A DNA stretch of 64,000 nucleotides, from NCBI GenBank assembly GCA_964401455.1, contig CAYNYI010000001.1, positions 1,245 through 65,244 of the forward strand. The letters are read 5' to 3'. The notes below the pieces were generated by a model. The model made no database searches. It saw only the letters and a list, made by a program, of their open reading frames with translations, and was not told the DNA's origin. Shown here in pieces: positions 31,536 through 41,277 of the stretch. Positions within the stretch are counted from its first letter, which is position 1. Every line of letters starts with the position of its first letter. The position numbers and the translations under genes were made by a program. The stretch comes from an uncultured Fibrobacterota bacterium. GTDB taxonomy: Bacteria > Fibrobacterota > OXYB2-FULL-49-7 > CAYNYI01.

Positions 31536-32632
31536 TCCCTGGTCCTCGCTGTAAAATGGTTTTTATTCAATCTTTTTACGACTTCCGCCGCTTCTTCCGC
31601 TGTTTCAAAGCCTAACCTTATTGTTCCGCCTTCACCCTCGCGCACCTTAACAACTTCTATATCTTTTATATTTATATCTGAAAGAATTTTTGAAATCGAA
31701 AATATAATTCCGGGCTTGTCCTCACAAACAACCATCACTTCAGAGAGAGGTTTTAAAAACCCTTTACGGTTATGCGAAATCTCCTCCCGGCTAACCCTTG
31801 CTTTGTCAAAAAGAGATTGTGCCCCGGGTTTTCCGATTTCTTTTTTTAAATTTTCAAGCTCTGAAACATATTGATCAATAAAAAAAGAAATCTCTTCAGA
31901 ATTTGTCAAAAGGATGTCTTTCCACATAGAGTATGGAGAAGAAGCTATTCTCGTGAGATCTCTAAAACCTCCGGCGGCCAGCTTGGTATATTCACCGAAA
32001 CGGTCTTTCCTGCCTGCAACTGTATTCATAAGGCATACAGCTGCGGCCTGAGGAAGGTGTGATATTCCCGCCGTTCTTTTGTCATGCGAGACTGGATCCA
32101 TAACTAAAAGAATAGATCCGAGAGATGTACAAAAAGCTCCGAGTTTTTGAACTTTATCCTCAGGACACTTATCACATGGAGTTAAAACATAAACGGCATT
32201 CTGATACAAAAAAGGGTCCGAGGCCTGCAAACCGCTCCTCTCCGATCCTGTCATCGGGTGTCCACCTATAAAGACCGGACCGTCTGTAAAAAACTCAGAA
32301 GCTTTTTCCATTATCGTTTTTTTAGTGCTTCCTATATCGGTGATTATCGCATTCGGATCAATCAGGTTTTTCAGGTTGCCAAGCTCGGAAATTAGTTTTA
32401 TAATTCTGCTTATGGGGGTACATAAAACAATAAGGTCCTTTCCCGGAAGTATTTTTTCAATATCTTCGTATTCACACGCTTCGTCAATCAAAGACATTTC
32501 TTCCGCTTTGTCAAGCGAATCTTTTCTTGAGACACCTGAAATCATAGCTTTGGGAAATTTACGCCGCACAGCCTGCGCTATCGAGCCGGACATCAAACCC
32601 ATACCGATTAATAAGATATTTTTAAAAGGCAT
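31532..32632 (-). CDS. tyrA: prephenate dehydrogenase with C-terminal ACT domain
   Basis: N-terminal NAD-binding motif ILLIGMGLMSGSIAQAV, PDH core and a C-terminal ACT-like ~70 aa. Confidence 0.8.
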   Translation of the reverse strand: MPFKNILLIGMGLMSGSIAQAVRRKFPKAMISGVSRKDSLDKAEEMSLIDEACEYEDIEKILPGKDLIVLCTPISRIIKLISELGNLKNLIDPNAIITDIGSTKKTIMEKASEFFTDGPVFIGGHPMTGSERSGLQASDPFLYQNAVYVLTPCDKCPEDKVQKLGAFCTSLGSILLVMDPVSHDKRTAGISHLPQAAAVCLMNTVAGRKDRFGEYTKLAAGGFRDLTRIASSPYSMWKDILLTNSEEISFFIDQYVSELENLKKEIGKPGAQSLFDKARVSREEISHNRKGFLKPLSEVMVVCEDKPGIIFSISKILSDINIKDIEVVKVREGEGGTIRLGFETAEEAAEVVKRLNKNHFTARTRD

Positions 32633-32645
32633 AAATGCGAAGTGG

Positions 32646-32981
32646 TTACTGAGAATAATTTATTTGACCGGCTTTCCCAAGAATAACGAAGTTTTTTCCC
32701 CAAACAATATCGTTACTCTTTAGAAAACGAACAACGTTCATTTTTAACATTTTGCTGTTGAGAAGTTTCCCGGCACTGCTCATGAGAGCGACTTCGGTTT
32801 CTCCCGTCTTCGGATTATTTTCAAAACCGCCTATTTCTATAAGAAAATTCCCGCACGGACTCTCGAAAGACTTCATTTTTCCATCATCCGCGATTATAGT
32901 AAACGAAAGAAAAGCACAGAAAAAAACCGAAATAGCGACCGGAAGAATAAATTTTAGATCTTTAATACTAAGCATACTCAT
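32646..32981 (-). CDS. small secreted hypothetical protein
   Basis: 111 aa with an N-terminal signal/TM segment (FILPVAISVFFCAFLSF). Confidence 0.4.
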   Translation of the reverse strand: MSMLSIKDLKFILPVAISVFFCAFLSFTIIADDGKMKSFESPCGNFLIEIGGFENNPKTGETEVALMSSAGKLLNSKMLKMNVVRFLKSNDIVWGKNFVILGKAGQINYSQ

Positions 32982-33015
32982 TTGTAAAATATAATTAATG
33001 TTTCTGCGGCATTAA

Positions 33016-34488
33016 TCAGAAATATCCGTTGTCAGAGATTATCTTTTCCAGCGACAACGCAGTATCAAGCATTGCTTTTTCCTGAAAAGCTTTGCCTATC
33101 AGCTGAAGACCGAAAGGAAGTCCGTTCTTTTTCCCGCAGGGAATAGACATCCCCGGCAGCCCGGCAAGATTCACTGATATAGTATAAATATCTGATAAAT
33201 ACATTGAAAGCGGATCCGATTTTTCACCTCTTTTAAAGGCGATATCGGGCATTACCGGGCCCATAATAAGATCACATTTTTTAAACGCTTCCTGAAAGTC
33301 CCTTAAAATCAGGGTTCTTATTTTCTGCGCTTTAAGATAGTAAGCATCATAATACCCGGCACTCAAAACATAAGTTCCAAGCATAATCCTTCTTTTTACT
33401 TCTTCACCAAAACCCTCATCACGTGTTTTGCTGTACATATCTATTAAATCTTCGGAGTCCTTTGTCCGGTAACCGTATTTTACACCGTCATATCTCGCCA
33501 GATTTGAGGAGGCCTCCGCAGTGCAAATAATATAATAAGCCGCTATCGCATATTCTGTGGACGGAAGATCTATTTTAATCACTTCTGCGCCGGCTTTTTT
33601 AAGCTCAGAGGAGATTTCTTCTATTCTGTTTTTAATTTCCGGGGCAAGCCCTTCGTTAATATATTCTGAAGGTATACCAAGAACCTTACCCTTTAGAGAC
33701 AGCTCTCTTTCGGCAGGAAAAAAATCCGGGACGGTGCCGCTATAGGAAGTGTTGTCCCTGGGGTCATGGCCCGAAATCGCCTGAAGAAGCAAAGCCGAAT
33801 CTGTTACGTCTCCGGACAAAGGTCCTATTTGGTCAAGAGAGCTCGCAAAAGCGACAAGGCCGTATCTTGAAACCCTTCCGTAAGTAGGCTTTACACCGAC
33901 AACGCCACAGCATGCAGCAGGCTGTCTTATTGAGCCTCCCGTATCCGAACCGAGACTTAAAACAGAAATTCCGGCGCCGGTTACCGCCGCGGATCCTCCA
34001 CTTGAACCGCCCGGGACGTATTCGGAGTTGTGGGGGTTTTCAGTTGGTCCGTAAAAAGACGTTTCCGTAGATGAACCCATAGCGAATTCATCCATATTTG
34101 TCTTTCCTATAATTATCGCGCCTTCTTGTTTTAGTCTCTCAACAACATGCGCATCATAAACCGGCTCAAAACTACCAAGCATTTTTGAGCCACACGAAGT
34201 CCGGATGCCCTTTGTACAGATATTATCTTTAACAGAAACCGGGATTCCACCAAGAAGACCTGTTTTTTTCCCGGATTCATTTTCTTCGTCGAATTTTTCT
34301 GCCTCCTTGAGAGCCTTTTCCTTCATTAAAAGAACATATCCGTTAAGATTTTTTTCCGCTTCTATTTTTTCAAAAAGACCGGAAACAAAGTCAGCGGACT
34401 TAATCTCTCTGTTTTTGTAGGCTTTTTTAAGCTCGTGAGCTTTCATTGTTTTAATTTCCATACTGATTCTATCAACTCCAAAATACAA
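33016..34488 (-). CDS. gatA: Asp-tRNA(Asn)/Glu-tRNA(Gln) amidotransferase subunit A
   Basis: Amidase signature GGSSGGSAAAVTAG and GatA-like length. The true start is probably an internal Met (MEIKTM... or MKAHELKKAY...). Confidence 0.85.
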   Translation of the reverse strand: MYFGVDRISMEIKTMKAHELKKAYKNREIKSADFVSGLFEKIEAEKNLNGYVLLMKEKALKEAEKFDEENESGKKTGLLGGIPVSVKDNICTKGIRTSCGSKMLGSFEPVYDAHVVERLKQEGAIIIGKTNMDEFAMGSSTETSFYGPTENPHNSEYVPGGSSGGSAAVTGAGISVLSLGSDTGGSIRQPAACCGVVGVKPTYGRVSRYGLVAFASSLDQIGPLSGDVTDSALLLQAISGHDPRDNTSYSGTVPDFFPAERELSLKGKVLGIPSEYINEGLAPEIKNRIEEISSELKKAGAEVIKIDLPSTEYAIAAYYIICTAEASSNLARYDGVKYGYRTKDSEDLIDMYSKTRDEGFGEEVKRRIMLGTYVLSAGYYDAYYLKAQKIRTLILRDFQEAFKKCDLIMGPVMPDIAFKRGEKSDPLSMYLSDIYTISVNLAGLPGMSIPCGKKNGLPFGLQLIGKAFQEKAMLDTALSLEKIISDNGYF

Positions 34489-34502
34489 GTTTCAACAATT
34501 TA

Positions 34503-35222
34503 TCAACACTGTTTGAATATTTTCCGGATATACATAAAAAGAAAGCGGCATAAGTCCTTAAAAGGTTTGATTTTACTAAAGTTTTCAGGTTCATAAACTG
34601 TCTTTACAGGAACTTCTGTTATTAAAAGACCCTTTCTGGCGGCATCAATTAACAATTCCGCCTCATATTCGAATTTCAAACTTTTTGCGGCAATCCCAAG
34701 GGCTTTTTCTACATTAACCGCCCTGTAGCCGCATTGAACATCGTGAAACCGTTTCCGGCATAAAACGGACACTGCAGCAGAAGAAATAACGTTTGAAAGT
34801 TTTCGCAAAAAAGGCATTTCTGTGCCGAAAAACTTTCTTACACCAAGAACCATGTCCCAACGACCCATGATTCGGAAAAACCCTTCAAGGTCCGAAGGGT
34901 CGTGTTGGCCGTCCCCGTCCATTATCACAGCAAAAGAACAATCGAGCCGCTTTGCTTTTCGAAGACCGCTGACTATTGCGCTGCCTTTTCCTCTGTTCTC
35001 TGAGTGTCGGAATTCTTCTACGCCCTTTTGCTTAATTATGTCAAAAGAACCGTCGGTAGATCCGTCATCAACAACTATTATCAAAGAATCTTCGGGGAGC
35101 GCGGACTTTACCGAATCAAGAAGTCCGCCAATTTTTTTCTCCTCGTTGAACACCGGTATTATGACAGCTTTTTTATCGATACTAATAAAACCATCTAAAA
35201 TAATAAACGGCCACCCATGCAC
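34503..35222 (-). CDS. family 2 glycosyltransferase (polyprenyl-phosphate sugar synthase-like)
   Basis: AVIIPVFNEEKKIG...IIVVDDGSTDGS...VIMDGDGQHDP GT2 motifs; 239 aa. Confidence 0.75.
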   Translation of the reverse strand: MHGWPFIILDGFISIDKKAVIIPVFNEEKKIGGLLDSVKSALPEDSLIIVVDDGSTDGSFDIIKQKGVEEFRHSENRGKGSAIVSGLRKAKRLDCSFAVIMDGDGQHDPSDLEGFFRIMGRWDMVLGVRKFFGTEMPFLRKLSNVISSAAVSVLCRKRFHDVQCGYRAVNVEKALGIAAKSLKFEYEAELLIDAARKGLLITEVPVKTVYEPENFSKIKPFKDLCRFLFMYIRKIFKQC

Positions 35223-35655
35223 CCAGTATACTGACTATATTAAGAGTCAACTGCATTCCAAGCTTTAGTTTAACAACATAAAGATCTAAAATAAAAGAGT
35301 CACTTCCTTTGTCGGAAGAAAGGTCTTTATAGTAGCTTCTCTCTATGTCTCTTATATGTTCGGAAAAATCGGGAAAGACGATTTCTTTATCACCGGAAGA
35401 GGAATCAGGCACAAGGTTTTCAGCGGTTTCAGAAATTTTCTTTTTAAATTCATCAAGGTTTTTTTCAAAAACCGTATCCGACCGGTTCCTGTTTTTCTCT
35501 CCAAAACCAAAGCCGACCGTAATGGTGTTAAACAGAGCCTTTTTAGGCGCTCCTTCCGGCAAAAAAGAACCTACGAATTTGCCGACCATAGAGCCGAGTA
35601 TTAAGCCGAAAAGGAGAAAGAAAAATAAAGACCAGAAAGACTTTCCGTTATTCAT
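35182..35655 (-). CDS. hypothetical membrane protein
   Basis: 157 aa with an N-terminal and a C-terminal TM helix. Confidence 0.4.
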   Translation of the reverse strand: MNNGKSFWSLFFFLLFGLILGSMVGKFVGSFLPEGAPKKALFNTITVGFGFGEKNRNRSDTVFEKNLDEFKKKISETAENLVPDSSSGDKEIVFPDFSEHIRDIERSYYKDLSSDKGSDSFILDLYVVKLKLGMQLTLNIVSILGAWVAVYYFRWFY

Positions 35656-35673
35656 GTTTGATCCTTTTGAAGA

Positions 35674-36537
35674 TTACAAGTGTTCATCTCCGCTTCGATA
35701 GCCGTCATTTTCTTCAGAAGACGGAAAAGCTTTTCTTAAAAAAAACTTCAGTATTCCAGAAGATAGATAAGCAATCCCGAACGAGACAAAAAATAATTCT
35801 GAATATAATAGAAAAAATAAAAACAACCCGATAAAAACGGCTTTTGAGCGCTTTGGCCCCATCCCTCTGAAAACAAAAGCAAAAGCAATATCGTATTCAA
35901 AAGTCGAAACCATAAGTATCGCGCAAAGCGCGGCCATGATAAGAACCGCACCATACAGTATATCCGGACTAAACATCAAAGAGCCGGTAATAAAAACAGA
36001 GACATTATCTTTTAATGAGGAGAGAAAAGTGTCTCCGGAAATCTGCCGGTTAAAAAGAAAAATGTGCAGCATTATGAAAGCGGCGGTGGTTCCGGCCGCA
36101 GAGGGAATGGGGAGACCTGTGAAACCGGATTTAGATCCGGTTGTTGCCGTTGTATTAAACTTCGCGAGCCTTATGGCGCCCATTAAAAGAAAGAAAACAG
36201 GTAAAAGGAAAGTGAAAGAAAAATGTTCGCCTGAAAAATCCGGTTTATACATTCTGGAAAAATTATAAAGAATGGAAGCGGGAGCAACACCGAAACCGAT
36301 AATATCGGCAAGAGAATCAAACTCAATCCCGAAGTCGCTTGAAGTATGAGTAAGCCTTGCCACTTTTCCGTCAAGCCCGTCAAGAATTATACCAAGCATA
36401 ATGAGCCAACATGAAATATATAAAAGGTGCCAATTGCCCTCTTCAACAGCTTTAAAAGAATTTACCGAAGCAAGAAACCCCAAAATAAGATTAAAACTTG
36501 TAAAGGCACCGGGAAGCATCGGCTTAAGATTTTTCAT
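35674..36537 (-). CDS. CDP-alcohol phosphatidyltransferase (phosphatidylserine synthase-like)
   Basis: Motif DGLDGKVARLTHTSSDFGIEFDSLAD (D-G-x2-A-R-x8-G-x3-D-x3-D); polytopic; 4-bp overlap with the downstream psd. Confidence 0.75.
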   Translation of the reverse strand: MKNLKPMLPGAFTSFNLILGFLASVNSFKAVEEGNWHLLYISCWLIMLGIILDGLDGKVARLTHTSSDFGIEFDSLADIIGFGVAPASILYNFSRMYKPDFSGEHFSFTFLLPVFFLLMGAIRLAKFNTTATTGSKSGFTGLPIPSAAGTTAAFIMLHIFLFNRQISGDTFLSSLKDNVSVFITGSLMFSPDILYGAVLIMAALCAILMVSTFEYDIAFAFVFRGMGPKRSKAVFIGLFLFFLLYSELFFVSFGIAYLSSGILKFFLRKAFPSSEENDGYRSGDEHL

Positions 36538-37205
36538 TTGGAGTTCTCCGACTCTACCGGAAATTTGCCTATAACGGTTTCTCCTCCATAAACAACCTGG
36601 TCTTTTTTAATTAATAACTCGGTTCCGGGCGGCAGGAAAAGATCGGTTCTTGAACCAAACCTTATCATACCGAAACGATCGCCTCTTTCAAGCGAATCTC
36701 CTTCGGAGACCCGGCAAACAACCCGCCGTGCAATGAGACCGGCAATTTGTTTAACAAGAATTTTACCATGAGTTCCGGTTTGAATACCTATGATGGTCTG
36801 CTCATTTTCAAGGGAAGCTTTTTCTTTGGCGGCATTAAAAAATTTTCCCGGTACATATTTAAAAAATTCGACCCGTCCCTCGCAAGGAAAACGATTTACG
36901 TGAACATTAAAGACATTCAGAAAAATGGAAATTTTTATCATTTCTCTACCGCAATAAAAACTCTCTTGCTGAGTCGAAATATCAACGATTTTTCCGTCTG
37001 CCGGAGACACAATCAAATTTTCGCCTTCCGGAATTTTCCGTTCAGGGTCTCTGAAAAAATAAATACTGAAAACGAAAAAGACACACAGTAAAGACAATAC
37101 CACCGTTCCAAAAGGACCGCCATTTAAAACACGGTAAAAAATTATATAAGAAGCAAATATCAGTACGGCTTCAAATAAAAGAATCGGTAACCCTTCTTTG
37201 GCCAT
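36534..37205 (-). CDS. psd: phosphatidylserine decarboxylase proenzyme
   Basis: PSD-like fold signature with a C-terminal FGSRT autocleavage-type motif; 223 aa. Its context directly after the pssA-like gene supports the call. Confidence 0.7.
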   Translation of the reverse strand: MAKEGLPILLFEAVLIFASYIIFYRVLNGGPFGTVVLSLLCVFFVFSIYFFRDPERKIPEGENLIVSPADGKIVDISTQQESFYCGREMIKISIFLNVFNVHVNRFPCEGRVEFFKYVPGKFFNAAKEKASLENEQTIIGIQTGTHGKILVKQIAGLIARRVVCRVSEGDSLERGDRFGMIRFGSRTDLFLPPGTELLIKKDQVVYGGETVIGKFPVESENSK

Positions 37206-38356
37206 TATTCAACACCTCTTTTCGAAAGGATAATTGTTTTTTTAATAAATCGGTTCTCCCTGAAAATAACTAAATTTACTCTGCTGTTCGGAAGATAATT
37301 ATTAATCACCGCATCAAAATCAGACGTTCTGAAAACCGGGCATCCGCCAGCCTTGATAATAATGTCTCCTAAACGCAGTCCGGCCCTTTTTGCTGGACCC
37401 CGCCGATCAATGTTTATTATTTCTAAGCCTTTGGGTTTTTCGTTTACCACCCCGAAGGTCATGCCGTAAAAAGTTTTTCTTATGGTTCCATATCTTGAGT
37501 ATTCTTTTAAAAGGGCCTTTACCCTGCCGGAGGACACAGAAAAAGTCAAACCGGCACCATAGGAACCACTGCTGAACATTATTACAGTATTAATTCCGAG
37601 AATGTTTCCCTTCGAATCCACAATCGGCCCGCCGCTGAAACCGGAAATTGCGGGTATGTCAGACTGTATCATGCTATAGTACAAACGGCCATTATAGGAA
37701 AAAGAACGATTGACAGAACCGATTATACCTGAAACAACCACCGGCTTGAAATTGCAAAACTTTCCCGAAAAAGGGTTACCGAAACTGATTATGCGGGTGC
37801 CGGGAATGGAAAAATCATTCGTTTCAAAAGAAAGCTCTTTGAATCCGGTTTCTTTAATCTTTAAAAAAGAAAGGTCCGAAGCGCTGTCTGTAAATAAAAC
37901 TTCGGCGTCATATTCATTTCCGTTTGATGTCTTGACAATAATTTCAAAAGAACCTGAAGTTATATGCTGCGCAGTAACCACAATACCGTCTGGGGTAACA
38001 ATCAGACCCGCGCCGTAAGACGGAAAAACGGCCCCGTCAAAAGACTCCCCTGTACTTTCTCCCAGCAATTCAGACACGGAGGACGAACGCCGGTCATGTT
38101 TACCGGACCCGACAAGCACAATATTATCAGAAACGAGTTCAATAGCGTCCTTATAAGAAACGACGTCAGAGACCGGTGAAAGACCTCTTTCTTTATAAAA
38201 CGGATCAGGAAGATGATTTTTTAATGAATCATTCGAATTAAAAAAATCGTCTTCCCTAAGAACATTTTTGCCTGATGAGTAAGGAATTGCTCTGGTAATG
38301 AGAAAACCGAGACCAAGTCCGGAAAGAATTACTAAAACAAGAATTAAGGTCTTCAT
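37205..38356 (-). CDS. HtrA/DegP-family serine protease with C-terminal PDZ domain
   Basis: Signal/TM segment; catalytic His (VTAQHITSG) and Ser (GFSGGPIVD); PDZ (GLRLGDIIIKAGG). Confidence 0.75.
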   Translation of the reverse strand: MKTLILVLVILSGLGLGFLITRAIPYSSGKNVLREDDFFNSNDSLKNHLPDPFYKERGLSPVSDVVSYKDAIELVSDNIVLVGSGKHDRRSSSVSELLGESTGESFDGAVFPSYGAGLIVTPDGIVVTAQHITSGSFEIIVKTSNGNEYDAEVLFTDSASDLSFLKIKETGFKELSFETNDFSIPGTRIISFGNPFSGKFCNFKPVVVSGIIGSVNRSFSYNGRLYYSMIQSDIPAISGFSGGPIVDSKGNILGINTVIMFSSGSYGAGLTFSVSSGRVKALLKEYSRYGTIRKTFYGMTFGVVNEKPKGLEIINIDRRGPAKRAGLRLGDIIIKAGGCPVFRTSDFDAVINNYLPNSRVNLVIFRENRFIKKTIILSKRGVE

Positions 38357-38364
38357 AGGAAGCG

Positions 38365-38709
38365 CTACTCTTCGTTCTGCATTTTGCAGTTTCCGTGAAA
38401 AACAGCACCTTCATTGATAATAAGATTTTTAGTTTTAATGTCACCGACAAGAGAGGCCTTTTCCTCAAGCTCGACCATTTCAGACACATGAAGATTGCCA
38501 TTTACTTCCCCGCTTATTTTTGCGCTTTTTACCTCAACATCTGCCTGAACACAACCCTCCGAACCGATTGTTAATTCTCCTGAAGATTTAACCGACCCTT
38601 TTACGAAGCCGTCTATTCTTATGTCGTGATCAGCTTCGATACTGCCGTCAAATTTAGCTCCCGCTCCTATCATCGTTAGGAGGTTTCCCGAATAATTTTT
38701 TTCACCCAT
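38365..38709 (-). CDS. bactofilin
   Basis: Bactofilin repeats (FDGSIEADHDIRIDGFVKGSVKSSGELTIGSEGCVQADVEV...). The start is set at internal ATG 38707-38709; the track ORF extension to 38829 overlaps the upstream gene. Confidence 0.7.
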   Translation of the reverse strand: MGEKNYSGNLLTMIGAGAKFDGSIEADHDIRIDGFVKGSVKSSGELTIGSEGCVQADVEVKSAKISGEVNGNLHVSEMVELEEKASLVGDIKTKNLIINEGAVFHGNCKMQNEE

Positions 38710-38734
38710 CTCAATCCCTTTTTTTTTATTAATT

Positions 38735-39583
38735 TTACCTTGCAAGATATTTAAGCGGATCGTCAGAAACGCCATTTCTGACAACCTCAAAATGCAGATG
38801 CGGCGCTGTCGACATTCCGGTATTCCCAAGAAAACCGATTATCATACCCTTTGAGACATAATCGCCTCTTTTTACAGCAAGTCTTGAGCAGTGTCCGTAT
38901 CTTGTCTTAAAACCAAAACCGTGGTCAAGTTCAATAAAATTTCCATAATCTTTTCTCCAACCCGCTATTAATACCATTCCCGGAGCCGATGCTTTAATAG
39001 GTGACCCCATGCTTGCGGCGATGTCTATTCCGTAATGACGCGGCTTGCCGATGCTGTATGACGTATCAAAACCTCTTGTTATCCATCCGTCGACCGGAAG
39101 AATATTTGGTATAGATTCATAAAGAAGCTTCTGCTTTTTAATATCATCCTTGGTCTTAAGGAACTCCATGTTTCTGCGGAGCTTGATGCTTTTAAGATAG
39201 TTTTCGATGTCTTTTTCCGAAATAAGTTCTTCTTTTTTAAAAGATTTTTCTTTAACAACCGGCGCCTTTTCTTCTCTTTCATACACACCGAGGATTGTTT
39301 TTATTTTATTTTGAGCGCTAAGTATTTGTTTTTGAGTTTTAAGATACTCATCTTTATAAACATTTTCCTGTTCAAGGTGCGCGTTGCGGTCCTCAAGATT
39401 TTTAATAAAAATAACTTTCGAAAGTACATTTCCGTAAAAAACTGCGAATAAAATATTAACGATAAAAAAAGCCGAAAAAATAATCCCGAAAACCTTTAGA
39501 AGTCCCGCATTAATTTTAAAGGATATCGGTTTTTCCCGATTATCAGGAAAAATAAGAAAAGAAACATTTTTAAGCTTTTTCAT
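38735..39583 (-). CDS. M23-family (LytM-type) peptidoglycan endopeptidase with N-terminal TM anchor and coiled coil
   Basis: HYGIDIAA (HxxxD) and TAPHLHFE (HxH) motifs; 282 aa. Confidence 0.75.
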   Translation of the reverse strand: MKKLKNVSFLIFPDNREKPISFKINAGLLKVFGIIFSAFFIVNILFAVFYGNVLSKVIFIKNLEDRNAHLEQENVYKDEYLKTQKQILSAQNKIKTILGVYEREEKAPVVKEKSFKKEELISEKDIENYLKSIKLRRNMEFLKTKDDIKKQKLLYESIPNILPVDGWITRGFDTSYSIGKPRHYGIDIAASMGSPIKASAPGMVLIAGWRKDYGNFIELDHGFGFKTRYGHCSRLAVKRGDYVSKGMIIGFLGNTGMSTAPHLHFEVVRNGVSDDPLKYLAR

Positions 39584-39589
39584 AATAAA

Positions 39590-40477
39590 TCAGTGCCTCA
39601 AAGCAGTCAGAATTCTCTCTAGATCGTCAGAGGAAAAATACTTAATTGTTATGCTGCCGGAACCGTTTTTTCCGCAGCTTAGCGAGACTTTCGAATTTAA
39701 CTTTCTGCAAAGCTCGTCTTCAAGAGAAATAATGTCCGGATCCTTTGGCGGAGTCTTCTTTTTTACAAGGGGCTCTTTAGGTTGAGGATTAAGTATTCTC
39801 TCAAGCTCTCTTACACTCAGTGATTCAGAAATTATTTTTTCAAGTAAAGCTTCTTGCTCTTTTACAGTACCCGCCGATATAAGAGCTCTTGCATGGCCAT
39901 AAGAAATTTTTTTGTCAACAAGGGCGCTTCGAACCTCTTCCGGGAGCTTTAAAAGACGCAGTATATTTGTTATAGATGAGCGGCTTTTTCCTATTCTTTT
40001 TCCAAGCTCTTCCTGACTGTAGCCGTGTTTCTGCAAAAGGTCATTGTAGGCAGACGCAAGATCAATTTCATTAAGATCTTCCCTCTGTATATTCTCAATA
40101 AGGCCTATTTCAGAAATCTCTTTGTCGGTAAACTTGCGGATAACCGATGGTATTGTTTCTTTACCCAATTTGCAAAAAGCCCTGAATCGTCTTTCTCCGC
40201 AAACAATCTGAAATTTATCCCCGTGAGGACGAAGCAGAACCGGCTCAACAAGGCCCTGGGTCTTTATAGATTCTGCCATTTCCGCTATGCTGTCTTCAGA
40301 AAAAACTTTTCTGTATTGAAAAGGAGACGGCTCAATCTTATCGAGGGGCGTTTCTATTATTCCTGCGGAAAAGGAATTACCGTTGTTATCCGAAGAGCCT
40401 GTTTCCTCAAAAGAATCTTCGGGTTTTTTTGAAATAAGGGCCTCGAGGCCCCTGCCGAGTCTTCTCTTAGACGCCAT
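39590..40477 (-). CDS. parB: chromosome partitioning protein ParB/Spo0J
   Basis: ParB box (VEPVLLRPHGDKFQIVCGERRFRA), an HTH and a C-terminal dimerisation region; 295 aa. Confidence 0.85.
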   Translation of the reverse strand: MASKRRLGRGLEALISKKPEDSFEETGSSDNNGNSFSAGIIETPLDKIEPSPFQYRKVFSEDSIAEMAESIKTQGLVEPVLLRPHGDKFQIVCGERRFRAFCKLGKETIPSVIRKFTDKEISEIGLIENIQREDLNEIDLASAYNDLLQKHGYSQEELGKRIGKSRSSITNILRLLKLPEEVRSALVDKKISYGHARALISAGTVKEQEALLEKIISESLSVRELERILNPQPKEPLVKKKTPPKDPDIISLEDELCRKLNSKVSLSCGKNGSGSITIKYFSSDDLERILTALRH

Positions 40478-41249
40478 CTACTATCTCCTTGGCCAGCGAC
40501 ATATAGTTTTCCGATCCTGCCGACTTGATGTCATATTTAATTATCGGTTTGCCGAAACTCGGGGCCTCACTTAATTTTACATTTCTATTTATTATGGTCT
40601 TAAAAACATTTCCGGAGAAATGATTTTCCACTTCTTCCTTGACCTGCTTGGAAAGGTTCAGGCGCGGGTCATACATAGTTAAAAGGGCGCCCTCAATTTG
40701 AAGATCATTGTTAAGCGTCTTTTTTATTACTCTGATCGTATTAAGAAGCTCGGCAAGACCCTCTAGAGCATAGTATTCACATTGTATCGGTATTAAAACC
40801 GAATCAGAAGCGCTTAGGGCGTTGATTGTTAATAGACCGAGCGAGGGAGGGCAGTCTATTATTATATAGTCGAACTTATCTTTTACTTTGGATATTTTTT
40901 GCTTAAGCCTGGTCTCCCTGGAAATCATTTTAAAAAGGGCAAACTCCGCGCTCACAAGATCATTGTTTGAAGGCAGCACAAACATATAAGGAAGATCGGT
41001 TTTTTTTATGGATCTTTTAAAAGAGAAAGACCCCTCTTCTGTTCCATCTTCCTCTACAAGAAGATCATAGACAGAAAATTCACAATCCTCCTTATTAATA
41101 CCCAAACCTGTCGTGGCATTTGACTGAGGGTCGAGGTCAATAAGGAGGACCCTCTTTTCCAGAACAGAAAGGCATGCGGAAATATTCACGGATGTCGTTG
41201 TTTTACCGACGCCGCCTTTTTGATTTACAACTGATATTATTTTTCCCAT
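40467..41249 (-). CDS. parA: chromosome partitioning ATPase ParA/Soj
   Basis: Deviant Walker A KGGVGKTTTSVN; 260 aa; overlaps parB by 11 bp. Confidence 0.9.
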   Translation of the reverse strand: MGKIISVVNQKGGVGKTTTSVNISACLSVLEKRVLLIDLDPQSNATTGLGINKEDCEFSVYDLLVEEDGTEEGSFSFKRSIKKTDLPYMFVLPSNNDLVSAEFALFKMISRETRLKQKISKVKDKFDYIIIDCPPSLGLLTINALSASDSVLIPIQCEYYALEGLAELLNTIRVIKKTLNNDLQIEGALLTMYDPRLNLSKQVKEEVENHFSGNVFKTIINRNVKLSEAPSFGKPIIKYDIKSAGSENYMSLAKEIVDGV

Positions 41250-41277
41250 ATTAATAGAATAATATTGTTAATTCTTT

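Noticed and set aside
34822-35268. 148-aa plus-strand ORF overlapping the GT2 gene
   Set aside because: It is antisense to the GT2 reading frame, which has clear catalytic motifs. It is a likely shadow ORF.
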